DNA of 64,000 nt, taken from NCBI RefSeq assembly GCF_009914755.1, contig NC_060927.1; one strand, 5' to 3'. Within the stretch, counting starts at the first letter, position 1, and the number at the start of each line of letters is the position of its first letter. This stretch comes from the human T2T-CHM13v2.0 reference genome, Homo sapiens. Below, piece by piece: positions 61,775 through 64,000 of the stretch. The translations under genes and the position numbers were made by a program. Under the pieces are notes generated by a model. That model made no database searches and was not told where the DNA came from. It saw nothing but the letters and a program-made list of their open reading frames with translations.

Positions 61775-62135
61775 CTGTCAGGATTTCTCTTTCTGTGTAA
61801 CAAATTACTGCAAATTTAGCAGCCCAAAACAATACACACATTTAGTATCTCACAGTTACTGTGGGTCAGGAATCCAGGCATAGCTTAGCTGAGCCCTCTG
61901 CTCAGGGTCTCTCTTGGCTGTAGTCAAGGAGTCAGCTGGCCTGTGTCCTCATCTGTAGCTCTTACAAGGTCACATAGTTGTTGACAGAATTCAGTTCCTT
62001 GCAGCTATGGGACTGAGGCCCAGGCAACTCCTAGAGGCCGCTCATAGTTCTCTAGCCCTTTTCTTAGGTAGTTTATGTCATAGGAGCTTGCTTCTTCAAG
62101 GCTAGCAGGAGACTCTTCAGTCAGTTAAGACTTAG
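61775..62135 (-). mobile_element. MLT1 MaLR LTR fragment
   Basis: 'tgtaacaaattactgcaaatttagc...tatctcacagttactgtgggtcaggaatccaggcatagcttagctg' matches the reverse MLT1 3' end. Confidence 0.8.
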
Positions 62136-62137
62136 TC

Positions 62138-62424
62138 CTTTTTTTGAGATGGAGTTTCACTCTGTCACTCACCTAGGCCGGAGTGCAGTGGTGCAATCTC
62201 GGCTCACTGCAGCCTCAACTTCCTAGGGCTCAGGTGATCCTCCCGCCTTAGCCTCCCGAGTAACTGCGATGACAGGTGCATGCCACCATGCCCGGCTGTG
62301 TTTTGTATTTTTTTAGAGATGAGGTCTCACAATGTTGCCCATGCTGGTCCCTAACTCCTGGGCTCAAGCAGTCTGCCTGCCTCGGACTTCCAAAGTGCTG
62401 GCTCACACCTGTGAGCACTTGGCT
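62138..62424 (-). mobile_element. AluJ
   Basis: Reverse Alu consensus. Confidence 0.85.
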
Positions 62425-64000
62425 GGAATAGGACATGTTTGTAAGTCAGCACCCTTCTCTGTTTGGGGATAATGCTTTGGACTTCTTGGTATTAAATGAC
62501 TGTTTGAATCATTTTAGAAACCAACTGATACCAACATGAAGTAGCATATGACTCTGCCGTCTGTTAACTTACAAGCCAGTTTCGTGCCTGACCAGTGGCC
62601 ACCAGTATTTGCTTACCAGTCATTCTAGGCTTGTTACGTTTAGGTAGCTGTGAAATGTCCCACATCAGCCCTCCATCTGTGGGCCTCTTTAGCTGCTGCT
62701 GCTGCTGCAGCATCTAGCCTTTTGAAAGCTATTGTCTACTGCTCAGCTAGAAGGGTGTGTGTAGACAGCAGGACCAAGGATTCGCCTGGGTGAAAGAGTT
62801 GGCAATGAGAAAGCAACCAGACCCTCCCCTCCAAGCCCAGCCCTGTATTTGACATGCAGGGCATAACCTCACTCATTCAGTCTCTCAGCCCTATGCAAAT
62901 ATAAACAGCCTTCCTCTTGTCTCTCCAGGCCAGCCGGGGCCAAGAAAGAAGCCAGTGATTCCCCCAAGTGCAGTAAATAGCTCTCCTCACCTCCTGACCC
63001 TGTTATTTCCTGGTAGTTCTGAGTTGTGGATCCTGCAGTGGAGAGGGAGGGAACAAAGAAGTTGCAGAGGCCTCAGCTTCACAGAGCATTGAGCAGTGGG
63101 TGATATTGTATCCTCAGGCAGGGGTTGACCTCACATTTCAGTGCAGGTCATTCTAATGACTGCTGGACCTCCCAGTGCCACTGTGAACTAGAATGGAATA
63201 GAGTGAAGTGGATCTGAATTCCTGGACTGTGGGACCAACCTAACTTCTGAGCTGGAGAAAGTAGGTCTCATGTTCTATACCTGCTTTTTTTTAGCTCTAG
63301 GGGGAAAAAAGAATTGTGCATCTTTCTTGTTCTCTTTGCAGCTTAGGGGCATAACGTTTGGACTGTAATTGAACTGATGCTTGTTTCCCCAAAATGTCTT
63401 TGGTTTTCATTAAGGTGGGGGATTCTCTGCATTTTTGGAGTTGTCACATTATTATCGAAATTCCTCTCCACACTAAGTACTGTGTGTGGTATGCTTTTAT
63501 TTTCACCTAATTGATTTCTGCAAATAAAGTGATTTAATTTTTGGTATTAAGAAATTTAAATAACACCTTTTGGCAGATCACAAGATTTTCTTGTTCTTAT
63601 TTAATCCTGGCTTCCATCCAAATGTGAAAGAGAAATGAAATAATAAGGTAGGAAAGGCAGACCAGTAATTGTGATTAAACAACTTTTGTGTTGAGTCCAA
63701 AGACAGGTAACTTTATTTTAAGCTTCATGGGTGTAGTAAAAATATATCACCTTAAGAAAACCTGGATTGCCATTAGCCAGAACTGACTTCCAGGCTTTCT
63801 GACTTTGTACAAACAAATCACTTAATCCTGAATCCTTCTCCTCATCTTTTTTTTTTTTCTCTTTGTTTGTTTTTAAATGTATTTCTTTATTTTGTATTAC
63901 TTTCTTCTTGTCTTTTTTATATTTTATGTATTTTATTTTCCTCATCTTTAAAATGGATAAATGTTACCTTTCCTGATTCAAAGATTCTAGGCAAAGATCA

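Overview
Primate, almost certainly human, genomic DNA holding the 5' part of the ubiquitin-conjugating enzyme gene UBE2E1 (UbcH6) on the + strand. A CpG-island promoter and non-coding exon 1 (~2731-2864) are followed by exon 2 (4013-4197, ATG at 4046, Ser-rich N-terminal extension). A second CpG island carries an alternative first coding exon (ATG 7252, donor 7305), and the 51-nt exon 3 lies at 8236-8286. Everything from 8287 to the window end is one long intron: no further UBC-domain exon was seen. The intron is filled with Alus, L1, L2 and MIR fragments, MER5A/MER58 DNA transposons, MaLR LTRs, a sense-oriented ERV1 (LTR1-like) solo LTR and a decayed RTE-clade LINE. Nearly all ORFs in the supplied track are GC-rich CpG-island or Alu/L1 artefacts. 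I see no evidence for a previously undescribed multi-gene system. The most interesting observations are the phase-2 modular N-terminal splicing architecture, a G-quadruplex motif next to the start codon, a stop-free in-frame Alu exon candidate, the RTE reverse-transcriptase fossil, and several structurally odd Alu insertions. Repeat boundaries and subfamilies were assigned by eye and are approximate.
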